Below, piece by piece: positions 26,036 to 38,100 of a DNA stretch of 64,000 bases. Origin of the DNA: Octopus sinensis (Eukaryota). The stretch is from assembly GCF_006345805.1 (NCBI RefSeq), contig NC_043001.1:24552001-24616000 (forward strand), in the 5' to 3' direction. A program made the translations under genes and the position numbers. Every line of letters begins with the position of its first letter. Position 1 is the stretch's first letter. The notes beneath the pieces were generated by a model. That model made no database searches and had not been told where the DNA came from. It saw nothing but the letters and a program-made list of their open reading frames with translations.

Positions 26036-26340
26036 ATAATGAAATTATTGTATACAGTGCTCAGGTGCACCACAACTTGTCAGAAAGTGCATATAAAGTA
26101 CATGCAGCAATGTAGAAATGTCTGGAAAGTAAACATGCTTGTGTGTGTATGGAGGGGAGAAAATCAAGTGTAGTGTTGGCGAATCTCAGGAAGCATGGAA
26201 GTTTTGAAGGATGCAGTGCTCTGACAACTAACAACCGATGCCGGCAGTTTGTTCCACGCTTCAGCAACTCTCAGCATGAAAAAATGTTTCCTGAAGTCAT
26301 GGGAGCTGTGCTGTTTTCATAATCATTTGCTCATACAAAA
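26036..26340 (-). mobile_element. CR1-clade LINE 3' end
   Basis: Minus FRKHFFMLRVAEAWNKLPASVVSCQSTASFK; terminal sequence shared with the 15.2-kb copy. Confidence 0.8.
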
Positions 26341-26384
26341 ATTCTATAATTATGAGCATAATTATAATTAGGGTTCAGCAAAAT

Positions 26385-26711
26385 TTGCTTCCCCACATAC
26401 TGAAATTTAGAACTAGCAGTTAAAAACTACTATTCTACTACTATAAGATATCTCCCAGACAGCAATACTCAACAACTCACGTCAGTAAAGAGAGAAAAAA
26501 AACGAATCTACCCAGCTCTGATTAACTGTATATGCATTTCAGAGTTAGAGAGATGTGAAAAATGTAAAATCTTATTTCTACTCACTCACTCTCCTCATCA
26601 GTACGGTATTTCGAATTTTAAATTTGAGAGCACTGATAATTAATATACATATTTGACCAAGTGACATCAAACAGCATATATCCAAAGACCAGTACTTCTG
26701 AATACTTTTGA

Positions 26712-26715
<4 letters not shown>
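26385..26715 (-). mobile_element. Penelope-like end fragment
   Basis: Contains a hammerhead-like core, adjacent to (TA)n, second copy at 22.8 kb. Confidence 0.45.
26526..26606 (-). ncRNA. Type I hammerhead-like motif with long helix II
   Basis: CCGTA-CTGATGA-GGAG...CTCT-GAAATGCATA-TACAG. Confidence 0.45.
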
Positions 26716-26750
<35 letters not shown>

Positions 26751-26754
<4 letters not shown>

Positions 26755-27161
26755 TATGTGGTAAGTAGCTTGTTTACCAACCACATGGTTCCGGGTTCAG
26801 TCCCACTGTGTGGCACCTTGGGAAAGTGTCTTCTACTATAGCCTTGGGCGGACCAAAGCCTTGTGAGTGGATTTAGTTGACGGAAACTGAAAAGAAGCCC
26901 GTCATATATATGTATATATATATATGCATGTGTGTATTTGTGTGCCTGTGTTTGTTCCCCTAGCATTGCTTGACAACTGATGCTGGTGTGTTTATGTCCC
27001 CGTTACTTAGTGGTTTGGCAAAAGAGACCGATAGAATAAGTACTGGGCTTACAAAAAGAATAAGTCCCAGAGTCGATTTGTTCGATTAAAGGCGGTGCTC
27101 CAGCATGGCTGCAGTCAAATGACTGAAACAAGTAAAAAGAGTAAAAAAAAAAGAGTAAAGA

Positions 27162-27162
<1 letters not shown>
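26751..27162 (+). mobile_element. SINE family B
   Basis: Matches the family consensus; followed by an inverted partial copy at ~27195-27310. Confidence 0.85.
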
Positions 27163-27198
<36 letters not shown>

Positions 27199-27352
27199 AT
27201 GGACTTCTTTCAGTTTCCACCAACTGAATCTGTTCACAAGGCTTTGGTTGGCCCAAGGTTATAGAAGAAGACACTTGCTCAAGGTACCATGCAGAGGGAC
27301 TGAGACTAGAGCCAACGACAGAAAAAAAATATTTATTTATCATTTATTAAAG

Positions 27353-27565
27353 GCAGCAAGCCGGCAGAAACATAAGTGCACTGAGTGAAAAGCTTAACGG
27401 GATTTCATCTGTCTTTACATTCTGAGTTCAAATTCTGAGGTCAATCATCTTTGCCTTTCATCTATCCTGGGTCGATAAAATAAGTACCAGTTGTGTACTG
27501 GGGTCCATCTAATTGACTGGCCCCCTCCCCAAAAATTTTGGGCTTTGTGCCTAGAGTAGAAAAGA
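27353..27565 (+). mobile_element. SINE family C
   Basis: Head, GCCTTTCATC core and CCCCTCCC..GGCTTTGTGCC tail. Confidence 0.7.
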
Positions 27566-28601
27566 GAAAAATTATTTTCATGCCGTAATTCCATAACATA
27601 TCCATTAATACTTGTGGAAGCAGAAATGATTCAATGATTTATTCCGAAGGTTTTATATAGAAACCAATCCAAAAATTTAGAATGAAAAAACAAAAAAAAT
27701 GCAAAGAACAAATCAGGAAAAATTATTTAGATATTAATTTTTATATATAAGAAAAAAAAAAGAAGATAGATAAATCTTCATTAATTATACAATCAAAGAA
27801 ATAATTACCAATCCACTTATAAGAAAAATGCTATATCTTAAATATTAATACTACTGGCAAAATATTCTTTGCAAAAATGTTGGCAGAAAAACAAATACTA
27901 TAAAGAATTGATAAACATGAAATTATGAGGAGCCCCCTCCCCACAAAAAAAAATTAATTAATAAATCGCAAAAAGAATTATAATATGAAAATTATGATGT
28001 TTAAAAAACATTAAGTTTTAATAGCAGAGAATAGATTAAAATACAATGAATCGAAAAATGTAATAATTAATGCACTACTAATTTCATTAGTATATAGTCT
28101 AAAATATGACACAGAGAAAAGTAATTTGCCTGAGACATGATACCTAATGTGTTCCACATATTGTTATGATAGTAATGCTCTATCTTTGCTACAGCCCATG
28201 AGGCTGGCTCAAGGTTTGCTGGTGTTCTAGGCAAGATGACTATCAGTACCTTTACAGGTAGGTTTTATAAAATGCTCACAAAGGAGTGAAACTGGCAAAT
28301 GTAGGAATAAAGTGTCAGCATGGATGTGTGGTTAAGAAGTTCACTCTGCAGCCACATTGGTTCAGGGTTCAGTCCCACTGTGCCCAGCAACTTGAAAAAG
28401 TGTTTTCTACTATAGACCGGGGTTAACCAATGTCTTGTGAGGGAATTTAGTAGACAGAAAACCATGTGGAAGATTGCCACATACATATATGAGCATGTCT
28501 AGATATGCAACTATATGCATGAGAATACATACATAAAACATACACATCTGTGCATACATACATACATACATACATACAGACAGACAGACAGACAGACAGA
28601 C

Positions 28602-28721
28602 AAAAATACCCTGTTGTTGATGCTGAAATTCCAATGAAAGAGCCTTGGATCTAAGTTAGAAACCAGTTCTTTCTCTATTGGCAAGAAATCTTGAAACAAA
28701 CTGAATAATGACATATATACA
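28602..28721 (+). mobile_element. 3' end of an RLE-type LINE, embedded in (CATA)n
   Basis: Same sequence at 40855-40975; 3' UTR related to the copy at 28722-29190. Confidence 0.6.
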
Positions 28722-29185
28722 TACAACAGGTTGGATATTGTTGTTTGGGACAGAAGGACAAAGGTATGTACCATCACAGAGGTCAGCTGCCCTGCAGATC
28801 TAAATATCTCTTTGAAAATCAAAGAAAAAGAGGATATCTATGGACAACTGCTTCAAAACCTCCAGCTTCTATATACAGACTATGAATTCATATTCATGCT
28901 AATAATAATTGGAGCACTAGGCATTTGTTAGTAAATGCTTAAAGGAGAGTCTAAATAGACTGGGATTTTCAGAAAGAGAAACTGACCAGCTGATTCGTAC
29001 ATTACAAGTGCAAACTGTGAGTGGAACAGTAGAAATATGCAAGACTTTTTTTCAAGTTCCAAATGTGAATTTGTCTGTGTTAACTACATTCCAAAGATGG
29101 AGCCTTGTATCTTTGTTGGAAACCGGCTCCCTCCTCAGTGTAAGATTTGTAATAATTAAAAAATAGAAGAGACATGCATACATAC

Positions 29186-29190
<5 letters not shown>
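28722..29190 (+). mobile_element. RLE-type non-LTR retrotransposon 3' fragment (R4/NeSL-like)
   Basis: NR(L)DIVVWDRRTKVCTITEVSCPAD...KEKEDIYGQL...IIIGALG = restriction-like endonuclease C-terminus; frameshifts; ends in CATACATAC. Confidence 0.8.
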
Positions 29191-29226
<36 letters not shown>

Positions 29227-29689
29227 TACACACAGACACACACACATATCATCATTATCATCATCCTCATCCTTTGTCATCCACTTTCCATGTTGGCATG
29301 GACTGGCATGGTTCAACAAGGTACCAGTGAGATGCAGGACCACATTGAGCTCCAATGTCATCCTTGGCATAATTTTCACAGCTGGATGCTCTTCTTAGCA
29401 CCAAATATTCTATAGAGTGCAGTGGATATATTTTTTCCTCGATCAACACTAGAGAGCTGTCATGTCTTTGATGTAACTAAAAAGTCCTTTTTAACCCACA
29501 TCGTCCCTGTTCACTTATCAGCCAGTTTACAGCTTCACAAATTCAAATGAATTGAATGCTTGTGCCATTTTAATCAGTGCCAAACATTGATGGAAGAAAC
29601 TATAGAGCACTGGAAGAAATTCTTGGAGATATTTATTTAGCTATATCCTTTATAAATCTGACTTGACATTTTTTGGTGGGGATAATAAA

Positions 29690-29950
29690 AGCACCATCTG
29701 ATTGTGGCCGTTGCTAGCCTCGCCTGGCCCCTGTGCCGGTGGCACGTAAAAAAGTACCATCCGATCGTGGCCATTTGCCAGCCTCATCTGGCACCTGTGC
29801 CAGTGGCACATAAAAAGCACCCACTATACTCTTGGAGTGGTTGGCGTTAGGAAGGGCATCCAGCCATAGAAACATTGCCAGATCAGACCCCAGTTGAACC
29901 GTCCAACCCATGCTAGCATGGAAAGCGGATACTAAATGATGATGATGATG
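29690..29950 (+). mobile_element. RTE 3' UTR (family A)
   Basis: Internal GTGCCRGTGGCAC units, (GAT)n tail. Confidence 0.8.
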
Positions 29951-31579
29951 TTAAGTACTGGGGTCGATTTAATTCATGGTGTCCTTTTCCCAATTATTGT
30001 CTTAGATCAATACTAGGAGACAATATCATGTCAAGTGTATTCACTGTTGTTTGTTTTTTTTGGCAGGTGGGTTCGTTTTCTAGTTTTCTCTATTTCAAGT
30101 TCTCTCTCACTTTATCATTATTATTATTATTTAACAACAGCTGCCACCTCTGTTGTGATACCACTTCTTCTGCCTAAGTTAGGCAAAATTAAATCTCTGA
30201 CAGCAAGCTTTAGGCTTTCCTTCAGAGATGTTAGTTAAGTTCACATGGTAAACTTTGATTGCTCTATAATTAATTACTGCCCCAAGAAAGCTTTCAAATA
30301 TGGTCAATATGAAGCAGCTTCCATGTATAACACTGGCTGGCAATCTATTTATTTTATATGTACTCACATGCCAATACAAGCCCTTGCTTTTCACAATGTT
30401 TTATAGTTTCCTAATATAGCTTCAAGCTAGAACAGGGGTTCCTAAACAGTGCACTGTAAGGCACACCACAGACTTTTAAAAATATATAATTTAATACCCT
30501 AGGAAATCCATTACAACAACATTTGGCTATCTTGAAAAATCATGTTATCAATAATTTTTAAAATACAAGTATAATTAATAAAACAATTTAAGCAATGGTT
30601 TTTCTATACTTTTTCTGAACTTTTGACTTCAAAACAGGTTTTTGAATAGTTACTATGCAAAATGATCAGTAATTTACAACTGATCTCCCAGATATCGTGA
30701 AATCAAAAGACAGAGATTCATTGATCGAGAGCGAAGTACTTCTGCTTCAATCAAAAGTAGATGTTACTCTGCTAGTAGCTTCTGCAGGTGGAGTCTTATA
30801 TAATGGACGTGGAAAACTTTAAAAGGCCTGCACCACACTACAAAATGCCACATATGCATAGATACACACATAAACACACTTCAGTACTTACAGAATCTCA
30901 AATATGCACAGACATTCACCCTGAAATACATAAGAATCTCTCTCTCTCATACACACATACACACACATACATGTACATGTTTAAGCACTGGATTGATTAG
31001 AGGTTCTCTTTTTGGATTACCTTGAAATATAACATTAACAGTGGTGATAACAGTAACTCATTGCAGAATTTGAGCTTAGTTTTGGAAATTATGAAATTCT
31101 GAAGCCTTTTATCCACTAAACTTTTTTCAATCAAGATGGTTTCTGTTAGCAGCAATCCCACTGAAAAAAAAAAAAAAAGCTGATGCATTTGCCCTTGATT
31201 ATATTTCCAGGTCTACAATGCATGCACTCAGCTAAGTTCCTCTCAAATTTTATTTCTACATGCCTCTAGCTTCATCACATTTCCATAGTTGTTATGTGCT
31301 AATATTCCTCCATTTCCAATCCAACAAGGCAACCATCTCTGACTGTGTGCTCCAGAACTAAGCCTTAGTCTTATCAAATGCTTCATCTTCTCTCTCTCTC
31401 CCTCTCTCTTCCTCTCCCAGTAAAGTTGTTGGCTACATTTTCCAAACATAGCAACCAGAACTTAGTAACAGTAATTATAGTATTTGTGAATCAAATATAC
31501 CAGAATTTGCTTACACTTGCATAACAACAAAAAATGATTTTGAAATTAAACATTTCTGCTCACCAATGTGTTATAATGT

Positions 31580-31830
31580 GGAGGTGTGTGGCTTAGTGGT
31601 TAGGGTGTCAGCACCATGATCGTAAGATTGTGGTTTCGATTCCTGGACTGGGCGACGTGTTGTGTTCTTGAGCAATACATTTAATTTCACATTGCTCCAG
31701 TCCACTCAGCTGGCAAAAATGAGTAACGCTGCGATGGACTGGCATCCTATCCAGCTGGGGAACATATACGCCATAGAAACCAGGAAACCAAGCCCATGAG
31801 CCTGGCTAGGCTTTAAAAGGGCGCATTTAT
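31580..31830 (+). mobile_element. SINE family D variant
   Basis: tRNA-like head GGCTTAGTGGTTAGGG..GGTTTCGATTCC. Confidence 0.75.
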
Positions 31831-32009
31831 TTATTTTTTTAATGTGTTATAATAAACCTATTAATTAGTTCTTCTATTTACTACAAAACTTAACAAGCTG
31901 CTGCTCCTTCCTCTGTCTTACCATTTCCCAATATGATACATTAGTTTATCAGTCAGCCATGTATTTGATTGTGTTAATATCATTTTATAACACGGTAAAA
32001 TCCGTAAAA

Positions 32010-32410
32010 TCTTTATATATAAAAGTGAGGTTGTGTGCTGTCTGTCTCCTACGATTTAGATTCCTAACTACTCCCACATTTTGCGGTGCAGTTTAACCAA
32101 AACCGGGTATCTTATAGTCGTGATCCATATCGAGCCCTTCTGGGTATTAGCGCGCGTCTACAATGAGTCTACGATTTTAAAAAAAATTTACCATCATTTT
32201 TTCCCATTTTTAATGCATTTTTGGCATATATAAGGGAAGTAACTCTCTAAAAATTTATCATTAAATCTCAGAACGTAAAATGCTACAGTAACACCCCCCC
32301 CTTCCTTTGTGGTTAGCCATATTGAGATGGCTATTATACTTTACATCTCTAAAAATGCTTATATAGTTATTTCCCTTACAAACCCGAGCAACGCCGGGCG
32401 ATACTGCTAG
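32010..32410 (+). mobile_element. Helitron beta
   Basis: A|TC...CCCGAGCAACGCCGGGCGATACTGCTAG|T. Confidence 0.85.
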
Positions 32411-33299
32411 TAAATAATAATATATAAAAGAACTTACTGATATATCTATACATGCAAAGATTCCGATATTTATTCAAAATGTAATCATATTTTCTAGAAT
32501 CTAGAAAGAAAAGGCAATCCTTCACATTATGGTAATAAACTCAAAAGAATTATATACAATAATAACTAGAATAACAGAATACTATCCATAATCAAACCGC
32601 ATATTAAATTTCCTTGAGATATGACTGAAAGCATAGATAAGCATCATTGTTTGATTCTTTATAAAAGTTAAGGAAGTTTGCTTGTGTATTCTATTATTCT
32701 GGCTTCAATTATTCAAGTTTCTGTTGGTGTTTTATTATTTTGAGTTGACAGTTCCATCCTTCCAAGAACTGCAATCTTCTGAAACACCTTCCCTACCTAA
32801 GTTTCACCGAGAGGCATTGCCTTGCTAAAAAACAAAGTGAAAGAGTTGCATTGATAGCATGAGATGTCCAATTTTCTCAAAATAATGATAAAAATAAAAC
32901 TAAGACGAAAAGTTTTTCCTACTCCCATTGAAGTTGATTTTGTTATTGGTTTCAGCAGTTTCCTTTGCCAAGTAATCTTTTTTAAATCATGGCTCATAGA
33001 TTCAATATCAATTTCTATAATTCACTATTTTCAATTTTAATGAATAAACACTTTCATTTCTTTATATTTTTTAAAATTTCCTTTTAATATGCTTAGCATG
33101 TGGAATACAGCATATATATATATATATATGTATCATTTGTTTCTTGCTGACACATGAAACTCTCAGCCCTTGAGTCACTCTGTGGCTTGCTTGTTATTAA
33201 TGTATTATTAATATTGTTAATATTGTTATTATTAATATTGTTAATATATCTTCTCATGATTTGAGTTCTATTTTCCTGTATACAAACCTGTATACATAC

Positions 33300-33530
33300 A
33301 TGTCATCATCATCATCATCATCGTTTAACGTCTGCTTTCCATGCTAGCATGGGTTGAACGGTTCAGCTGGGGTCTGGGAAGCCAGAATGCTGCACCAGGC
33401 CCAGTCTGATCTGGCAGTGTTTCTACAGCTGGATGCCTTTCCTAACGCCAACCACTCCATGAGTGTAGTGGGTGCTTTTTATGTGTCACCAGCACAGGTG
33501 CCAGTCGGGACTGGCAAACGGCCACGATCA
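33300..33530 (-). mobile_element. RTE 3' UTR (family A)
   Basis: Matches the family consensus. Confidence 0.75.
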
Positions 33531-34423
33531 GATGTGTATATATATATATATATTATATATATAAAATACAAAATGGGACCAGAACCCAAAACATCCGGAC
33601 AGCTAGGTGATACAAAAATGAGACAACAAAACATCCAGATAGATGATACAAAGAAAACAAGGGCAGGTCATTCTGGGTTTTCTTTCCTCAGTCAAGCACC
33701 AGATTATCCTCACAATTTCAGTTGATTATACTTGGTTAGATATATATATATATAAATATATACACTCACACACATACACAGAGGTAGGGATATAGATAGA
33801 TAATGTTATACATTATTTTTATATATGTATATATACACACACACGTATAAAAATGCATTACACATACTACATATAGTATGCGTATATATTTATATCTGTT
33901 ATATGTGTTTATGTGTATGTATATATGAACTGTTTTCTCAAGAAATGCTTAAATGCTTGGTAATGCAATCAGTGACTATTGATATTCTAACGAGCTTATG
34001 ATCAGAAGTTATATCAGTTTATACATTACCATTTTATACATTTTTATTTCCTTGTATTACTTATCTCTGTTATGGTAGCTAATTTCCACTTATGTATTAA
34101 AAAAATATTGTTTGCATTTTGCCACAGTTTTGATCGAATGTTATATTCCCAGTTCCCAAATCTATTGATGCTTTTGAAGTATTGCATGCAGTACCATAAT
34201 TCATTTCATGTCTTGGAGTTGCTTTCAGCAGATTTTTAATGAGATTAGTACATTCCAATCTGTCTCATGTGGTTATGTTATATATTTTCATTTAGATAAA
34301 TGAGGTTATTACCTAAAGCAACCTTTCCTAACCTTTTTACTCTTGTAATACATTCCATATCTCTGGGCCCCCCATCTGAAACTTATTATATTATGCTTTC
34401 TTTTTCATTAAGTTAAATTCTAT

Positions 34424-34830
34424 AGGCTGTGTGGTAAGTAACTTGCTAACCAACCACATGGTTCCGGGTTCAGTCCCACTGCGTGGCATCTTGGGCAAGT
34501 GTCTTCTGCTATAACCCCGGGGCGACCAATGCCTTGTGAGTGGATTTGGTAGACAGAAACTGAAAGAAGCCTGTCGTATATATGTATATATATATATATA
34601 TGTGTGTGTGTTTGTGTGTCTGTATTTGTCCCCCTAGCATTGCTTGACAACCGATGCTGGTGTGTTTACGTCCCCCGTCACTTAGCGGTTCGGCAAAAGA
34701 GACCGATAGAATAAGTACTGGGCTTACAAAGAATAATTCCCGGGGTCGATTTGCTCGACTAAAGGCGGTGCTCCAGCATGACCACAGTCAAATGACTGAA
34801 ACAAGTAAAAGAGTAAAAGAGTAAAAAAGT
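34424..34830 (+). mobile_element. SINE family B, full length
   Basis: Matches the family consensus, CpGs largely retained. Confidence 0.85.
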
Positions 34831-35189
34831 AAAACAATGTTCGAAAGGTTTGGCAGTGCTAAATCCACCAGGCATCACAAAGATGATTTAAGAAATTCCA
34901 TCTTAACCAAGATGTTGCTTAGACAAAATTCCCGATATTATCATCATTGTTTTAATGTTCAGTTTTCCATGAATGTATGGGGTGGATGGAATTTGATAAA
35001 ACATATATTCTACAGCCAGATGCTTTTCTTGTTAACATTTGCCTATTTCCAAGTAGGGTCATATTATCACAGATGTCTAGAAATGAAGGGCACTGCTTGT
35101 ATAGTGGTGACACTTGTTTACAACAATCACACAATGTCAAGACAAAGAGATACCAACTTACATACACTCACACACACTCACACATATAC

Positions 35190-35238
<49 letters not shown>

Positions 35239-35239
<1 letters not shown>

Positions 35240-35646
35240 GGAGTGGCTGTGTGGTAAGTAGCTTGCTTACCAGCCACATGGTTCCGGGTTCGTTCCGACT
35301 TTGTGGCACTTTGGGCTAGTGTCTTCTGCTATAGCCTCGGGCCAACCAAAGCCTTGTGAGTGGATTTGGGAGACGGAAACTGAAAGAAGCCCGTCATATA
35401 TATGTATAATATATATTATATATATATATAATATATATTATATATATATGTGTGTGTGTGTGTGTTTTTGTGTCTGTGTTTGTCCCCCTAACATTGCTTG
35501 ACAACCGATGCTGGTGTGTTTACATCCCCGTAACTTAGCGGTTCGGCAAAAGAGACCGGTAGAATAAGTACTAGGCTTCCAAAGAATAAGTCCTGGGTTC
35601 GGTTGTCAAGCGATGTTGGGGGTGACAAACACAGACACGCAAACAT

Positions 35647-35718
<72 letters not shown>

Positions 35719-35889
35719 ATACATATACATATATACGATGGTCTTTCTTCTTTCAGTTTCCATCTACCAAATCCACTCACAAGGCTTTGGTCAGCCCAAG
35801 GCTATAATAGAAGACACTTACCCAAGGTGCCATGCAGTGGGACTGAACCCAGAACCATGTGGTTGGTAAGCAAGCTACTTACCACACAC
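35239..35889. mobile_element. Two tail-truncated SINE B copies fused in inverted orientation
   Basis: Plus copy 35239-35598 joined directly to minus copy 35599-35889. Confidence 0.8.
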
Positions 35890-36759
35890 CTGTATATAAA
35901 TATACACACACATACACACACACACACATATATATATATATACACACACATAAACACACACACACACACTCACACACATCAACTAAATCCCATCACAGAG
36001 CTTTGGTTGTCCCAGAACTATTGTAGAAGACACTTGTCTAAGGTTCCATGCAGCTGAACTGGGCATGGAATCAAGTGGTTGGGAAGCAAATTTCTTAACC
36101 ACTCAGTTATACTTGTACCTATAATTCCTAATTATTTTTCCACCCTCGTTAGCTCTGCCCCTCCCCTTTTCAGATAATGGAAATCTAAATATGCCATGCA
36201 TGAATAATAAATATTTCAAATATAGAATTAAACACAAAAATGACACTGAATTGCATTTGTAGACAGATTATCCTATTTATTACTATTTTCTCTGGTAAAC
36301 TATTGACTTCTCACAGAGATCACTAGGGCTCCAGTTTGGGAAACGCTGATCTAGGGAAATTATTACACTGGAACTCTGAGCTATTAGTCAAAGTGTTTAA
36401 CTACTTACTTGTTCTGCACATTCAACTCTCACACATTATATTTTATTTCCATTAATTCTAACGAAACTTACTTATAATCCAAATTCAACTTCGATACATT
36501 ATATTTTAATTGAACTAATTACAGAAACAGTTTCCCCATCGATGACAACAACTCTGACTAAAGATATATCTTCACAGCAATCTTCAAATAAATAACTATA
36601 CAAAAATCCACTTAACCCTTTCGTTACCAACCCGGCTGAAACCGGCTCTGGCTCTGTAGTACAAATGTTTTGTTTTTATAAGTTTTTAATTAAAATCTTC
36701 CACCAAACCTTAGTCACAATTTATGTTCTTAACACTAGCTTAATGATAACTAAGTTATT

Positions 36760-37086
36760 AATAGTTATCGCTATACTAATATGGCAGTCTATAAATAAGA
36801 CTAAAGCTGTCGCTGATTAGCTCCAAGAGGCCATCACCTCTAGCTAGCTATGAGACACGAACCTGCGTCCATTACAACCTTCGAACAGGGGAGGTCAGCC
36901 GCTTCACCTTGCTAGTCAGACATCTGCAGACATGTTTCAGGGTTGTTGCCCTTTATCAATGCAGCGTAGTCAGAACCAGCAGGTGTCGCTACTGACCCTC
37001 TGTTCGAAGATTTTATTTACCTAGTTACAGTGGAATACATCCACTTGTTTTCAATAATAGAAATATTAAAATTACTAAGTCTCTCT
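36760..37086 (-). mobile_element. 327-bp structured non-coding insertion (retrozyme or Penelope-derived candidate)
   Basis: Flanked by CTAAGTTATT at 36750 and 37087; long internal stem 36879-37009 capped by a hammerhead motif. Confidence 0.65.
36924..36964 (-). ncRNA. Minimal type I hammerhead ribozyme, U3-A8 variant
   Basis: CTGCA-TTGATAA-AGGG-CAACAA-CCCT-GAAAC-AT-GTC-TGCAG. Confidence 0.65.
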
Positions 37087-37461
37087 CTAAGTTATTTTAC
37101 TAAATTCTTTGTTATATTTAAAGTAACTGAAAGAAACATAGAGCATCTCAAAATAAATATGGTAACGAAAGGGTTAAACTATTCTTTACCTGAACATAAA
37201 TATTCATATTTGTGCAACATAAAAAATATCAGCTACATTCAAATGAAACCTCCTGCTATATATTTTCCCATTACTTTCAGTATTTTAACAGGTTTTTATT
37301 AGCATAAGAGAGAAGAAATTGTTTATATTTTTCAAATTAGTTTTTTTGCCTTTCATTGGTGTTCAGTAATGAAAACTACAACTCCAGCTCACCGCAATTT
37401 TACCTTGCTGACTGTTTCTGTTTTATATCTTCTCATCTGTGTCTTTATTAGCCACACATAC

Positions 37462-37526
37462 CTGCAACTGATAACAACATGAATGGTTTCCATTTAACGG
37501 TTGTTCTTCTTTTCCAAACATATTTC
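37462..37526 (-). CDS. Candidate 65-nt exon
   Basis: ACAG acceptor, CAG|GTATGT donor; two open frames (NMFGKEEQPLNGNHSCCYQLQ or KYVWKRRTTVKWKPFMLLSVA). Confidence 0.2.
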
Positions 37527-37620
37527 CTGTTCATAGTGGAAATATTTTCACAATTTTTTCTTCTTTTTGATTGTTTAATTCTTTCCATTGACTTCTCTCC
37601 CTCTTTCTCTCTCTCTCTCA

Positions 37621-37661
<41 letters not shown>

Positions 37662-37725
37662 CTTCTCACTGTCTTCATATTTATGTATCTCTATGCATTC
37701 TGCATATTTTGTTTACATAGGCGCA

Positions 37726-38100
37726 GGAGTGGCTGTGTGGTAAGTAGCTTGCTTACCAACCACATGGTTGTGGTTCAGTCCCACTGCGTGAAACCTTAGG
37801 CAAGTGTCTTCTACTATAGCCTTGGGCTGACCAAAGCCTTGTGGGTGGATTTGGTAGGCAGAAACTGAAAAGAAGTCCATCGTATATATGTATATGTATG
37901 TATATGTATGTGTTTGTCACCCCAACATCTCTTGACAACCGATGCTGGCGTGTTTACGTCCCCGTAACTTAGTGGTTCGGTAAAAGAGACCGATACAATA
38001 AGTATAGGCTTACAAAGAATAAGTCCTGTGATCGATTTGCTTGACTAAATCGATGCTCCAGCATGGCCACAGTCAAATGACTGAAACAAGTAAAAGAGTA
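37726..38100 (+). mobile_element. SINE family B
   Basis: Matches the family consensus. Confidence 0.85.

Larger units (their letters stand above)
36616..37173. mobile_element. piggyBac-like MITE with a nested insertion
   Basis: TTAA|CCCTTTCGTTACC ... GGTAACGAAAGGG|TTAA, perfect 13-bp TIR. Confidence 0.85.
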
